Shown piece by piece: positions 46,693 through 55,727 of a stretch of DNA of 64,000 nt (positions are counted from its first letter, which is position 1; every line of letters starts with the position of its first letter). The position numbers and the translations under genes are program-made. The notes under the pieces were generated by a model, which was not told where the DNA came from, ran no database searches, and saw nothing but the letters and a program-made list of their open reading frames with translations. Source of the stretch: a virus; the IMG/VR virus record IMGVR_UViG_3300042013_000065, one strand, 5' to 3'.

Positions 46693-46803
46693 TTAAACCC
46701 ATTCTTCTTCGTTAGTGCAGCCTTCGCCTACACCACTGATTTCATCGCAACCAATTTCGTCACAACCGATGCTATCGCCGAAACCACTATTCATTTCTTT
46801 CAT
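46693..46803 (-). CDS. 36-aa acidic Cys-containing peptide (absent from ORF track)
   Basis: MKEMNSGFGDSIGCDEIGCDEISGVGEGCTNEEEWV; TAATG overlap with protease stop. Confidence 0.6.
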   Translation of the reverse strand: MKEMNSGFGDSIGCDEIGCDEISGVGEGCTNEEEWV

Positions 46804-47612
46804 TAACGCATACTCCGAGGGTCGAGAATTGTGTCACCAATTGCAGACACGTAAGAAGGATCGCCGAAACCAGAACGGTAGCCATCAACGCCGCTACGAC
46901 CACCTAAGTTTTCAAGCAATGAAAGCTCAAAACCAGTAATGTTTTCGCAACGACGATAAGCCAAACGTCCATCCATTTGACGATACGTTGGTTTGCGCGG
47001 GCGTGTATGCAGGCATGGAGAACCAACACCTTTACCAGCGCGGGCACTGCAAATGGAACACGTATAAGCACTATAAAACATGCCCATGGAATACGTATTC
47101 AATTCACCACTGATTACACGGGCAATACGTTGTGGGTCGCGGGTACGATCCATTGCCGCCAGCATTACCAGCTTTTGAATGCCTTTGAACTTTGTCGGAC
47201 GCATGTACGTGCCGAGAATCAAACCACGAACCCATTCAGGACTGTGTTGATGCTCGACGTACATTGGCGCGCCTTCCCAAGTTTTATACGCCATTTGTTT
47301 CTGATCGCCATTCCATGCAAGGAATTCTTTCAGCGAAACAGAATCACCATTCGTATTAGGAATGTCGGTGATCATTGCAGGAACAGGAACGAGAATGTAA
47401 TCGTTAATGTCCTTCGAAAGTCCGTGATATTCAGCAGCTTTTGGCAGCCAAATGTTTGCAGACAGTGTATGTGCGCCGCCATCTGGATCGCCTGCTACGC
47501 CACCACTAACGGTAATGGAGCCATCACCATTCTTTGTAATGCCGTGCAATTCAGTCGGAGCGCTAGGAGGTTCACCCAACGAAAAGGCCATTGCTTCGTA
47601 TTGATTTTGCAT
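46803..47612 (-). CDS. Prohead maturation protease (clan SH-like)
   Basis: PNTNGD, YVEH (candidate His), TYSMG (candidate Ser), CSIC...CLH; start MQNQYE via TAATG. Confidence 0.7.
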   Translation of the reverse strand: MQNQYEAMAFSLGEPPSAPTELHGITKNGDGSITVSGGVAGDPDGGAHTLSANIWLPKAAEYHGLSKDINDYILVPVPAMITDIPNTNGDSVSLKEFLAWNGDQKQMAYKTWEGAPMYVEHQHSPEWVRGLILGTYMRPTKFKGIQKLVMLAAMDRTRDPQRIARVISGELNTYSMGMFYSAYTCSICSARAGKGVGSPCLHTRPRKPTYRQMDGRLAYRRCENITGFELSLLENLGGRSGVDGYRSGFGDPSYVSAIGDTILDPRSMR

Positions 47613-47947
47613 TAGTCTTTTGCTCCCGTGTATACGTCGCGTACCCACTGGCGCGCAGAAGAAATGTCCATTTTTGTTGGGTTGTGCAGCGATACCAAAC
47701 CTTCTTCAGAAGCTGCAACGTGAACGTTGTTTTCTTCTTCATTTGGTTCATGATCGTGCATGAAAGGATCGAATTGTTTGTGGTGCACGCGAGCCGTCCA
47801 CATTGCGGTTGACTCGCTGCGATCTTCTGATTCATCGTCGGTTGCACTGAGTGTCGCAATTCGCTTAGCACCGTCACACACGTGTACTACCGTGCGTTGG
47901 TGCATTGGCAAATGGCGCTCAGTTGGATCGCAAAGAAATGAGAGCAT
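47612..47947 (-). CDS. Hypothetical head-module protein
   Basis: 111 aa, GAGGT RBS. Confidence 0.7.
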   Translation of the reverse strand: MLSFLCDPTERHLPMHQRTVVHVCDGAKRIATLSATDDESEDRSESTAMWTARVHHKQFDPFMHDHEPNEEENNVHVAASEEGLVSLHNPTKMDISSARQWVRDVYTGAKD

Positions 47948-47949
47948 TT

Positions 47950-49377
47950 TTACCTCAATTCGCCATCATAGCGAACGTAATAGCGCCCGTCACACGAACC
48001 AATGGAAACAAAAGCATCATCCTTTTTGAATGTATGCACGTGTTTTTCACCGTCCGCTTCAGCTTGGTACGAATAACCCAAACCTTGGAAAATGTCTTTC
48101 ACGTGTTTCATGCCAATACCCTGAAAATACATGCCGTCGCCGCTCGGTTTGAAACCGTAGCAATGTGCAAGCGTTAACAGGTATTCCATTTGGTGGTGCG
48201 TGCTATCGGATGCGGATGCGGTGGAGAACATATGGTCGCGACTATCTTTAAAATCGCGGGCAGTGTGAAATTGCATGATATCTGCAACCTGCTCTACGAT
48301 TAAATTAATAGTGTCGTCATGCTCTTCAAATTCCGAACCTTGAGGCTGCAAATTGTTGCCTGCAACTGCCAATTCTTTAGACTTCGATTTGGAACGCTTT
48401 TGGTGGGCATCGCGCAGACTGATTTGTTTTGCGAATTCTTTATCCGCATCAGACAGCGATTTACCTTCTTTCTTGCGTGACATAATCTTTTCATGACGTT
48501 TACGCTCAGCATCGGATACAGGCTGCTTAACGTTTGGTTTACTTGGTTTCCCTTCTTCCTGATCGTCGTTGAATTCGTCGGCAATTTTCAAACGTTCTTT
48601 GCGTTTCTTCTCACGTGCGCGTTCAAGCGTTTGCAAGTCTTCACGCAATTGTTTGCCGCCGCTACCTTTCGACCACATATCAAACAACAGGCGACCAGCC
48701 AGAACGCCTAGAGGCGCCGCTGCTACACCCATCGCCAGAACACCAGCGCCCATGATTGCCATGGTTGCAATGCCGGTTATAACGCGTTCGGCTGCGTGGC
48801 GTTCTGTAATGCTGTGATCTTCTGGTTCGCGTTGACCAGACAACAAATCTTTAATGACGCCCAAACCGCGTTTATACATATGCGGTTGTTTTTCTGCCTG
48901 CTTTTTAACAGCATCAACAATTACAGGCTGATTCTGCTTGATTGCTACGCTGCTTTTCTTCAGGTCGTCATCTTTGATTTGGTCTACGGCGTCCAAACTC
49001 GCTTTGTTAATCACCAAAGCATTCGACTTGTTATGGTCGGAAATATCCTTGGCAATTCGGCGACGTTCTTCAGCCTTTTTCTGCATGTATTCTTCAGTGG
49101 GTTTGGTGCGACCCGATTCCACTTTCTGAACGACTGTCTTTTTGCTGTTAACGATGTTCTTCAAATGTCCGCTGAAATCATCGGCATTTTCTTCACCGTC
49201 TTTCCCTTTGCCAGCCATCAAAAAGCGGTGACTGGAATGCGGGTACAGCTCGATATAACGTTTACGCGTGGCGTTAGGCAGCTTCAAAAACTCTGCCTTC
49301 GACAAACGTTTACGCCACGTGGATTGATCCTTGTGGCCTTCGTCGTCTTTAAACGCCCAAGCAAGTGCTATAAACAT
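47950..49377 (-). CDS. Probable internal head/ejection protein with hydrophobic hairpin
   Basis: N-terminal MFIALA; YIELYPHSSH motif; central VITGIATMAIMGAGVLAMGVAAAPLGVLAG segment; start uncertain. Confidence 0.65.
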   Translation of the reverse strand: MFIALAWAFKDDEGHKDQSTWRKRLSKAEFLKLPNATRKRYIELYPHSSHRFLMAGKGKDGEENADDFSGHLKNIVNSKKTVVQKVESGRTKPTEEYMQKKAEERRRIAKDISDHNKSNALVINKASLDAVDQIKDDDLKKSSVAIKQNQPVIVDAVKKQAEKQPHMYKRGLGVIKDLLSGQREPEDHSITERHAAERVITGIATMAIMGAGVLAMGVAAAPLGVLAGRLLFDMWSKGSGGKQLREDLQTLERAREKKRKERLKIADEFNDDQEEGKPSKPNVKQPVSDAERKRHEKIMSRKKEGKSLSDADKEFAKQISLRDAHQKRSKSKSKELAVAGNNLQPQGSEFEEHDDTINLIVEQVADIMQFHTARDFKDSRDHMFSTASASDSTHHQMEYLLTLAHCYGFKPSGDGMYFQGIGMKHVKDIFQGLGYSYQAEADGEKHVHTFKKDDAFVSIGSCDGRYYVRYDGELR

Positions 49378-50437
49378 GGAAGGCATCCTGTACTTTTTGC
49401 TGAAGCAGTAGAATGTCAGCGCGAAGTGCATCCGTCATAGGCGAATCAGGTTGCTGAAATTCACGCATGATTTTGATCGCTTCACGAAGATTCCCTGCTT
49501 GCTGGTAACTCGCCAGCAGCATGTGACGGCACCAGATAGGGCCGTAATAAACATCCGAATAAATCATTCGATAATTGGGACGTTCGATGGTGAGCGCCGT
49601 ACGCAAACTTGCGATGGCATGTTCATATTGTTTGTGTTTGAAATAAAACGATGCAAGATCGCAATGCGATTCGCGAATGTCAGAACAGTATTGCACTGCC
49701 TGTTTGTACCACCATTCGGCATTGTAGTAATCCGTACACATGCTGCCAATTTTGCGTGCTGCATCGGATTTGAATGGAGCATATGTTTCAAGCTCCAAAT
49801 ATTTCCGGTACAGTGCATCGGCCATTTGCCAGTTCTGCATCCCGTAATATTCACGCGCCAAATACGACGCGGAACGTGCACAGGTTGGATCGTCTTCGTG
49901 CGCCATTTTCAGCAGGTCGAAATAGTGACCCGGTGCTTTTGGTTCGCCGTAGTGAACGCAGGCCAGCGTGATATCTTGCGTTGCGGTTCCTTCAGGCACG
50001 GTTAAAACTTCGTGCACTGGATATTGCCATGTACCAATACCACGCCGAGTAATTGCCATGCGCGGATAGGAAATTGTTACGTTCCCTTGTTCGTCATGAT
50101 CGTAAATCAGCGTGTAGTTTGCAGCATCACACGTGAATTGTTCTTCGATGATTTGGCGCCAACCATTCATCAACATTTCATCAAAATCCAACGTGACAAG
50201 CACGTCGAATTCTTCAGGTACAAGGTTCATCGCCTCGTTACGTGCGTGATCGAATCGGAACGGTTTGTGTGCGGACATTTTACTGACCGTTGCACCGCCC
50301 TGTTCCAGCAAAGAAACTGTGCCGTCTGTACTGCCTGTATCCAGTACAAAGATCCCATCTGCATCCTTGATATTTTCCAGCCAACGAACCACGTTATGGC
50401 TTTCGTTTTTCGCAATTGCGTACACGGCAATTTTCAT
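49349..50437 (-). CDS. GT2-family glycosyltransferase with TPR-like C-terminus
   Basis: AIAKNE, VLDTGSTDGT, FDHARN, LDFDE (DxD), YPVHE; helical repeats. Confidence 0.88.
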   Translation of the reverse strand: MKIAVYAIAKNESHNVVRWLENIKDADGIFVLDTGSTDGTVSLLEQGGATVSKMSAHKPFRFDHARNEAMNLVPEEFDVLVTLDFDEMLMNGWRQIIEEQFTCDAANYTLIYDHDEQGNVTISYPRMAITRRGIGTWQYPVHEVLTVPEGTATQDITLACVHYGEPKAPGHYFDLLKMAHEDDPTCARSASYLAREYYGMQNWQMADALYRKYLELETYAPFKSDAARKIGSMCTDYYNAEWWYKQAVQYCSDIRESHCDLASFYFKHKQYEHAIASLRTALTIERPNYRMIYSDVYYGPIWCRHMLLASYQQAGNLREAIKIMREFQQPDSPMTDALRADILLLQQKVQDAFHVYSTCLGV

Positions 50438-50440
50438 CTT

Positions 50441-50749
50441 TTATGCAACTCCGTCGTGCTGTACGACGCACTCAATCAATCCCTCTATCAGATGGAGAGC
50501 GCCGTCAACGTTGGGCGCAGCAGTAACCGTTTCCGGCCACTTTGCTGTGCGATAGTGGTTGTCTTTCGAAATGTGTGCAATACGCCACAGGTCATCACGC
50601 TCCAATGTTGCCACGGCCAAACCAGCACCGTAAAGCATCACGCTAATGCGAGCGGGAATCCCTTCTTTTTCGTGGTGTTCAACAACCAAAACATCCTTCG
50701 GAAATTTACGGCTGTTGCGCAACTCATGAACTCGGGCGGTAATGTTCAT
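50441..50749 (-). CDS. Hypothetical protein
   Basis: 102-aa ORF. Confidence 0.75.
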   Translation of the reverse strand: MNITARVHELRNSRKFPKDVLVVEHHEKEGIPARISVMLYGAGLAVATLERDDLWRIAHISKDNHYRTAKWPETVTAAPNVDGALHLIEGLIECVVQHDGVA

Positions 50750-50752
50750 TGG

Positions 50753-52711
50753 TTAAATCCTGTTAGTCTTTCGGAATTGGGCTATTGGTACAATAGGAAT
50801 CCCTTTGCTAACAGCAGCTTTCGTCTTATCGTTACTCGCGTTTTCGTCTTTCACAATCAACGTTGTTGCTTGGTTGACTGTCGTTGCGATCTTGCCACCA
50901 TTTGCAATAATCCACGCTTGTACTTCAGCGTCACGAATTGACGTGAACAGGAAACGTTGTCCTTCCATTGCGGAGCTGACCACTTCCTGTTTTTCGGCTG
51001 CTGCTAAGGTGATCCCATTTCGTTTGCAAAACTTATTAAACGTTTTCAGGTTCGCGGCAATCTGTTCGGCGAGTTTATCCAAACCTTTAACGGTCTTGAC
51101 CAGCTTCGTCAATTCTTCAACAGATTTATCCGTGTGATCCATGAAATCTGGCACGGTTTCCATCAACGCAGTTAAGCGAGATTGTCCAATGCCTTCACCG
51201 AAAGCGGCTGACCCACGTGCGACGTTCAAGAATGTCATGCGTGGTTTGCAGGCTTTCAATGCCTTATGTAATTGTGCGCCGCTCTTATCGGCAAAACCCG
51301 GTAGGCTTTGCGCTTCGACACGCGACATTTTCAGAATCTTTTTAACAGTGTCATAACCTGAATCAACGAGGATTTGCACACCGCCACGTTTGAGGCCGTC
51401 TACTTCCAGTTCTGAAAAGAAATGGGCTAGCTCTTTGACCACACGTGTATTTGTCTTTCCTTCTTCGTGGGAATAAACAACGCGCAAATGCACGCCGTCT
51501 TCTGCGTAGTTGGCTTTAGGCTTAGACGCTTTTTTAGCGCCCTTCACTACTTGCATGACATAGGGGATTACGTCGCCGCTACGTACAGCAAGAATCACAG
51601 CTCCTTTATTGATCGGGCGCGGTTCGTGTGGAACCTTTGCAACTTTCTCGCCCTTTTTCTTTTTCGGTTTCAGATAACCGTGTTCGATGTAGAAGTTGTT
51701 ATGACCGGTGAAGAACTCAACTTCCACACCGCCGATTATGGTCGGTGGAATCATGATGCGGGGGAACCATTTGCCGTATCGTGTTTCTTCCCAAACAACA
51801 TCTTCGACCACAATACGCACAGCGGTTTCAAGGCTGTTTATTTTGAATGCGTATGAATAATCGGGATAGCCGGGAGTAACCACGTACGGTTGGTTTTTGG
51901 CGACGACAATGCCGTCGATGTCGCGGCCTGCATCCTTCTTGCGTTGGTTGTGCAGGTCGGTTAACAATTCTTCGTTGATCTTGTCAACGACAATGTAGGG
52001 CACAACATCGAAACCATATTTCTTGAGCAATTCAAGCTGGTCGCTAAGTTTGTGCCCCGCATTTTTACCCATGAGGATTTCGTAACAAATGACGCGGAAC
52101 TTGGCAATATTTTTGTCTGGTACGTCGCGGTTCAACAAACCACCGGCTGTGTTACGGCCAGTTTTATCGTCAGGAAAATGCTTCTTAAACACCTTCGTGT
52201 CGATGGTGAATTCTGCGCGAACCATAAAGCGTTTTTTGTAAGCGATTTTCTTCGGTATGTTCAGGAGCGGAATAACCTTGCTCACGTTCTTACCGACTAA
52301 ACCAGTTTCACCGCGTGTTGTTGCCAAAACAGGAACGCCACCGTCATACGTAATCGCCAAACTAATCCCGTCTTCCTTGTCGGAAATAACGTAGCTTGTC
52401 GCACGCATAAAGATGGCTTGTTTATTGGCAGAAACAGTTCGGAATTTGTCCAGACTATTCATCGGAACTTCAAGGGTGATGTCAACGTTCTTAACACCGC
52501 CCACTTTCTTCGCAGGTTTCTTTCTGCCCTTCCAGTAATAATCGTGAATCAAATCGTATTGTTCATCCGACAAAGGCGATTCCTGTTCCGGGTCGCTGTA
52601 ACGGGCTTCCAATTCGTCGATTATTTGTCCTAGCTTTTTCCGAGGTGTCGCGGCAGCAAACCCCAATGGGTCTGCTTTCATCGCACGCTTTTCTATTGCC
52701 GTGAATTTCAT
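50753..52711 (-). CDS. ligA: NAD-dependent DNA ligase (no zinc finger; HhH and BRCT present)
   Basis: SDEQYD, MNSLDK, KEDG, TRG, RAEF, RNTAGG, IDGIVV, AFK, SGDVIP, C-terminal BRCT. Confidence 0.92.
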   Translation of the reverse strand: MKFTAIEKRAMKADPLGFAAATPRKKLGQIIDELEARYSDPEQESPLSDEQYDLIHDYYWKGRKKPAKKVGGVKNVDITLEVPMNSLDKFRTVSANKQAIFMRATSYVISDKEDGISLAITYDGGVPVLATTRGETGLVGKNVSKVIPLLNIPKKIAYKKRFMVRAEFTIDTKVFKKHFPDDKTGRNTAGGLLNRDVPDKNIAKFRVICYEILMGKNAGHKLSDQLELLKKYGFDVVPYIVVDKINEELLTDLHNQRKKDAGRDIDGIVVAKNQPYVVTPGYPDYSYAFKINSLETAVRIVVEDVVWEETRYGKWFPRIMIPPTIIGGVEVEFFTGHNNFYIEHGYLKPKKKKGEKVAKVPHEPRPINKGAVILAVRSGDVIPYVMQVVKGAKKASKPKANYAEDGVHLRVVYSHEEGKTNTRVVKELAHFFSELEVDGLKRGGVQILVDSGYDTVKKILKMSRVEAQSLPGFADKSGAQLHKALKACKPRMTFLNVARGSAAFGEGIGQSRLTALMETVPDFMDHTDKSVEELTKLVKTVKGLDKLAEQIAANLKTFNKFCKRNGITLAAAEKQEVVSSAMEGQRFLFTSIRDAEVQAWIIANGGKIATTVNQATTLIVKDENASNDKTKAAVSKGIPIVPIAQFRKTNRI

Positions 52712-54000
52712 ATACGTTTTCCAGCAGTGAGGTCACGTTCTACGGCTTCGTCCCGTATCTTCTCGAATTTTGGCCCGCTCATAACTCGATCAGGTGTAAC
52801 GGTCTTCATATTCCGCAAGTCTTCACCGGCTGGCACTCGATAGTTTCGAAGCGATTTGTTTTCCACGTCGTAAAGCAACAGGTTATCTGACAAACCTTCT
52901 TCTTCAACCGCAACAACAACCCATTCCGCGCCCGCTTTGGTTTTGAGTACCAAACCTTCTTCGGCATAAACTGCGTCTTCGTCTTCGATTGGTTCGCCTG
53001 TTTCTTCGTCGTGTTCGACATCCTGCAAATGATCCATATCAGGGTCATCTTCTTCTTCGCCAACTTCTGTATCAAGGGCCGGTGCACCCTGTGTATTTAC
53101 AGTTTCGTCGTCTTCAAATTCGAATTCGTCTGGTGGATTTAGCAGTTCTTCTTCGTCTTCTGGTTCGAAATCAAAGGCTTCGTCGAACTCTTTGTAATCG
53201 AACTGTGAAACGAGCGGTTTGTTTTGCTCATGGAATGGGCGATCAGTTACCGAACCCTTTTCCGTTTTGCGTGGTGTTTTAACGATTGGCGTTTTCGGAA
53301 TACGGGGCATTCGAATACGCGTACCTTTCGGCAAGTTGCGGGCAATGTCGTTCAAATCCACGATGCCTTTTTCCTGTCGCGCTCGCGGCAAGATGTCCGA
53401 ATTGAGTGTTAACTCTTCGTACTTATCGTGGGAAATCATCACGCGTTCACCGCTCGGCATGATTACATAACCGCCGTGGGATTTACGCAGGTAACGCACA
53501 CCAACAATTTCATGCTCTTTCAAGCTTTGGCGTGTGGCACCGTGTGTCTTCGTGGTGATTTGAACTGTGCGAACAACCTGTCGCCATTGGTAATCATTTT
53601 TATCGTAGGAGCCTTGTTCCCGTGGGGAGTTTGGCGCTACAAAATACTGCGACGATTGCTTATCGGATTTCTCCAACACGTCTCTACGAATTGGTGCGCG
53701 GCGACCGCCTTCAAACCCCGGCTTGTCCGGTACGCCAGCGAACGGTTTCAAGTGTTCGAAAAACGTGTCGATTTCGTGCTGCTTAATCGAACGGAAAACA
53801 AGTTGGGGATATTTAGCCAACACAACCTGATAAGAACCAGCGGTTGGCCCACGTGTGGTTTTCTTCAACCCGATAAGATCATCAGGCTCTACGCGAATTG
53901 GCGTGTGGCCTGCCAGCTTCAATTGGAAGTCGGCGCCTGCATTCGAAAACCATTCGAATATTTTGAAGTCTACCTGTGCGGCTGCGAGTCCAATAATCAT
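52708..54000 (-). CDS. Probable virion protein with repeated SH3/KOW-like domains and acidic linker
   Basis: N-terminal MIIGLAAA; repeated [DE]..[IL]G...R...GG?Y units. Confidence 0.65.
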   Translation of the reverse strand: MIIGLAAAQVDFKIFEWFSNAGADFQLKLAGHTPIRVEPDDLIGLKKTTRGPTAGSYQVVLAKYPQLVFRSIKQHEIDTFFEHLKPFAGVPDKPGFEGGRRAPIRRDVLEKSDKQSSQYFVAPNSPREQGSYDKNDYQWRQVVRTVQITTKTHGATRQSLKEHEIVGVRYLRKSHGGYVIMPSGERVMISHDKYEELTLNSDILPRARQEKGIVDLNDIARNLPKGTRIRMPRIPKTPIVKTPRKTEKGSVTDRPFHEQNKPLVSQFDYKEFDEAFDFEPEDEEELLNPPDEFEFEDDETVNTQGAPALDTEVGEEEDDPDMDHLQDVEHDEETGEPIEDEDAVYAEEGLVLKTKAGAEWVVVAVEEEGLSDNLLLYDVENKSLRNYRVPAGEDLRNMKTVTPDRVMSGPKFEKIRDEAVERDLTAGKRI

Positions 54001-55664
54001 GACACGGTTATCTCAATTGTTGCGGTTACTGTTTCGTGTTGCAGCGTGTACGTAACGGACACGTGATAGGTTCCGGGGGCTGTTGCTTTAACGCGTCCCA
54101 ACATCACGTTTACATGATCGTCAGCACAGAACCACAACGGCGAAACCGGGCGTTCTGTTCCATCGGAAAACAATGCAAGCGCAGTGTAAGAAGTTGCCAT
54201 GCCTACACGGATACTTTCAGGGCCGCTAATGCTTATCGACATCGGATACGTTTTATTGTCGATCAACGTCACCGGCAATTCCGCGTTCAATGCAACACCG
54301 CTAATGTTCAAAGATGCACGCACAACAAGTTCGGCAGTTTCCACAACCTCAATCGCGTGCAGCACGCCGCCTTCACTGATTTCCGCAATGTGCGTGTTCG
54401 ACAGCGACCACGATGCAGGAAGCACAATGTCCGTTCCGTCTTCATAAACGACATGGAATTTCAGCGATTGATATTCACCAACATACATCGGCGAACGCAG
54501 CTCGATATAACAACGAACGGGCAAAACTGGCGACGGAATAACTTCAACAAAACGCTGTGAAGTCAAAGTCTCATGAACTGCAAACAGCATTACGTCTGTC
54601 GGTGCACTCACTTGAGAAGCCGCATGGAATTGACAGCCTGCATCCAAATAACCGCCTGCGCTATCACTGGCCTGCAAATTCGCCAGAACAGATTTACGCG
54701 TGCCGTTAGAAAAACGAAGTGTTGTGTAATACTGAACTACCAAACCTTCACGAATCTTTTCAGGGCCGTCGATGGTCAGGCTTTCCGGGTAAACGGTGAT
54801 GTCCAGCACACTCAGTTCTAGCGAAGCCGAAGTAATTGTCCCTTCGTATTCGTACGATGCAATAATTGTGGTTGTTTCTACGCCTTCAACAGACGCAGCA
54901 CAAAAATGTCCGTTACAATCCAATTCACCGGCTTTCGGGTTTGACGAATGCCAGTTAGCAATCACTTGCTGATTTTTTCCGTTCTCGAAAACAACATTCA
55001 ATCCAAATTGCGCCTTACCGTTTTCGGTTATGACCGCTGGGCCGAACACGTTCCCGCGAACTGGATAAATCGCCGAGTCAATTACTTGGATGCTCAGCGT
55101 GGCTTCGAATGTATCGGCGCCGTTTACGTATTGCGCTGTAAAAACTACGGTCGCATTGCCGCGAATCGCTGCAAAAGTCGCGTTACCGTTTAAATCAATT
55201 GTCGCAACAGCAGGTCGGCTGGATACAAGCGACGTAGGCTCAACAGAAACAGTTGTACCGTTACTGTAGCGCGCTGTTACAACGTATTCTGCTTCTGAAT
55301 TCTTGGGAACTTCAGTAGGCCCGTCCAAATGCAAAGACAAAAGAACCGGTGGGGTATCAGTGTCTTTCACGGTGAACGTTTGTTGCGCTGCTAAGACGTA
55401 GCCAGCTTGTGGGTCGAGGTACGAACATTGCGCCTCAACGCTACGTGTTCCAGTTGGAACGCTACCAGCGGTGAAAACCCCGTCCGGTGTGATTGTGCCG
55501 AATTCATTCGACGTCAAAAACCATTCAGCAGGAACAATTTTTGTGGATTCATCGTCGTACAAAAGGCGTGCACGAAACGTAAAGCTTGTGCGTTCTGGAA
55601 TTGTTTGCGATGGCCCGATTATTTGTAGCTCTACCGGCCATGGAACTTCGTCTATACCGGCCAT
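53997..55664 (-). CDS. Tandem Ig-like domain virion protein (fibre/hair candidate)
   Basis: About six repeats of I.GP..[IV].E......Y.[DN]G....V...W; AGGAGG RBS. Confidence 0.8.
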   Translation of the reverse strand: MAGIDEVPWPVELQIIGPSQTIPERTSFTFRARLLYDDESTKIVPAEWFLTSNEFGTITPDGVFTAGSVPTGTRSVEAQCSYLDPQAGYVLAAQQTFTVKDTDTPPVLLSLHLDGPTEVPKNSEAEYVVTARYSNGTTVSVEPTSLVSSRPAVATIDLNGNATFAAIRGNATVVFTAQYVNGADTFEATLSIQVIDSAIYPVRGNVFGPAVITENGKAQFGLNVVFENGKNQQVIANWHSSNPKAGELDCNGHFCAASVEGVETTTIIASYEYEGTITSASLELSVLDITVYPESLTIDGPEKIREGLVVQYYTTLRFSNGTRKSVLANLQASDSAGGYLDAGCQFHAASQVSAPTDVMLFAVHETLTSQRFVEVIPSPVLPVRCYIELRSPMYVGEYQSLKFHVVYEDGTDIVLPASWSLSNTHIAEISEGGVLHAIEVVETAELVVRASLNISGVALNAELPVTLIDNKTYPMSISISGPESIRVGMATSYTALALFSDGTERPVSPLWFCADDHVNVMLGRVKATAPGTYHVSVTYTLQHETVTATIEITVS

Positions 55665-55690
55665 GTTGAATCCTCCTTTTTACAGGGAAA

Positions 55691-55718
55691 GGGCCAGCTA
55701 CCTTTCGATAACTGACCC
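55691..55718 (-). other. 12-bp GAAA-tetraloop RNA hairpin
   Basis: GGGTCAGTTATC-GAAA-GGTAGCTGGCCC with three G.U pairs. Confidence 0.7.
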
Positions 55719-55727
55719 GTCCTTTAT

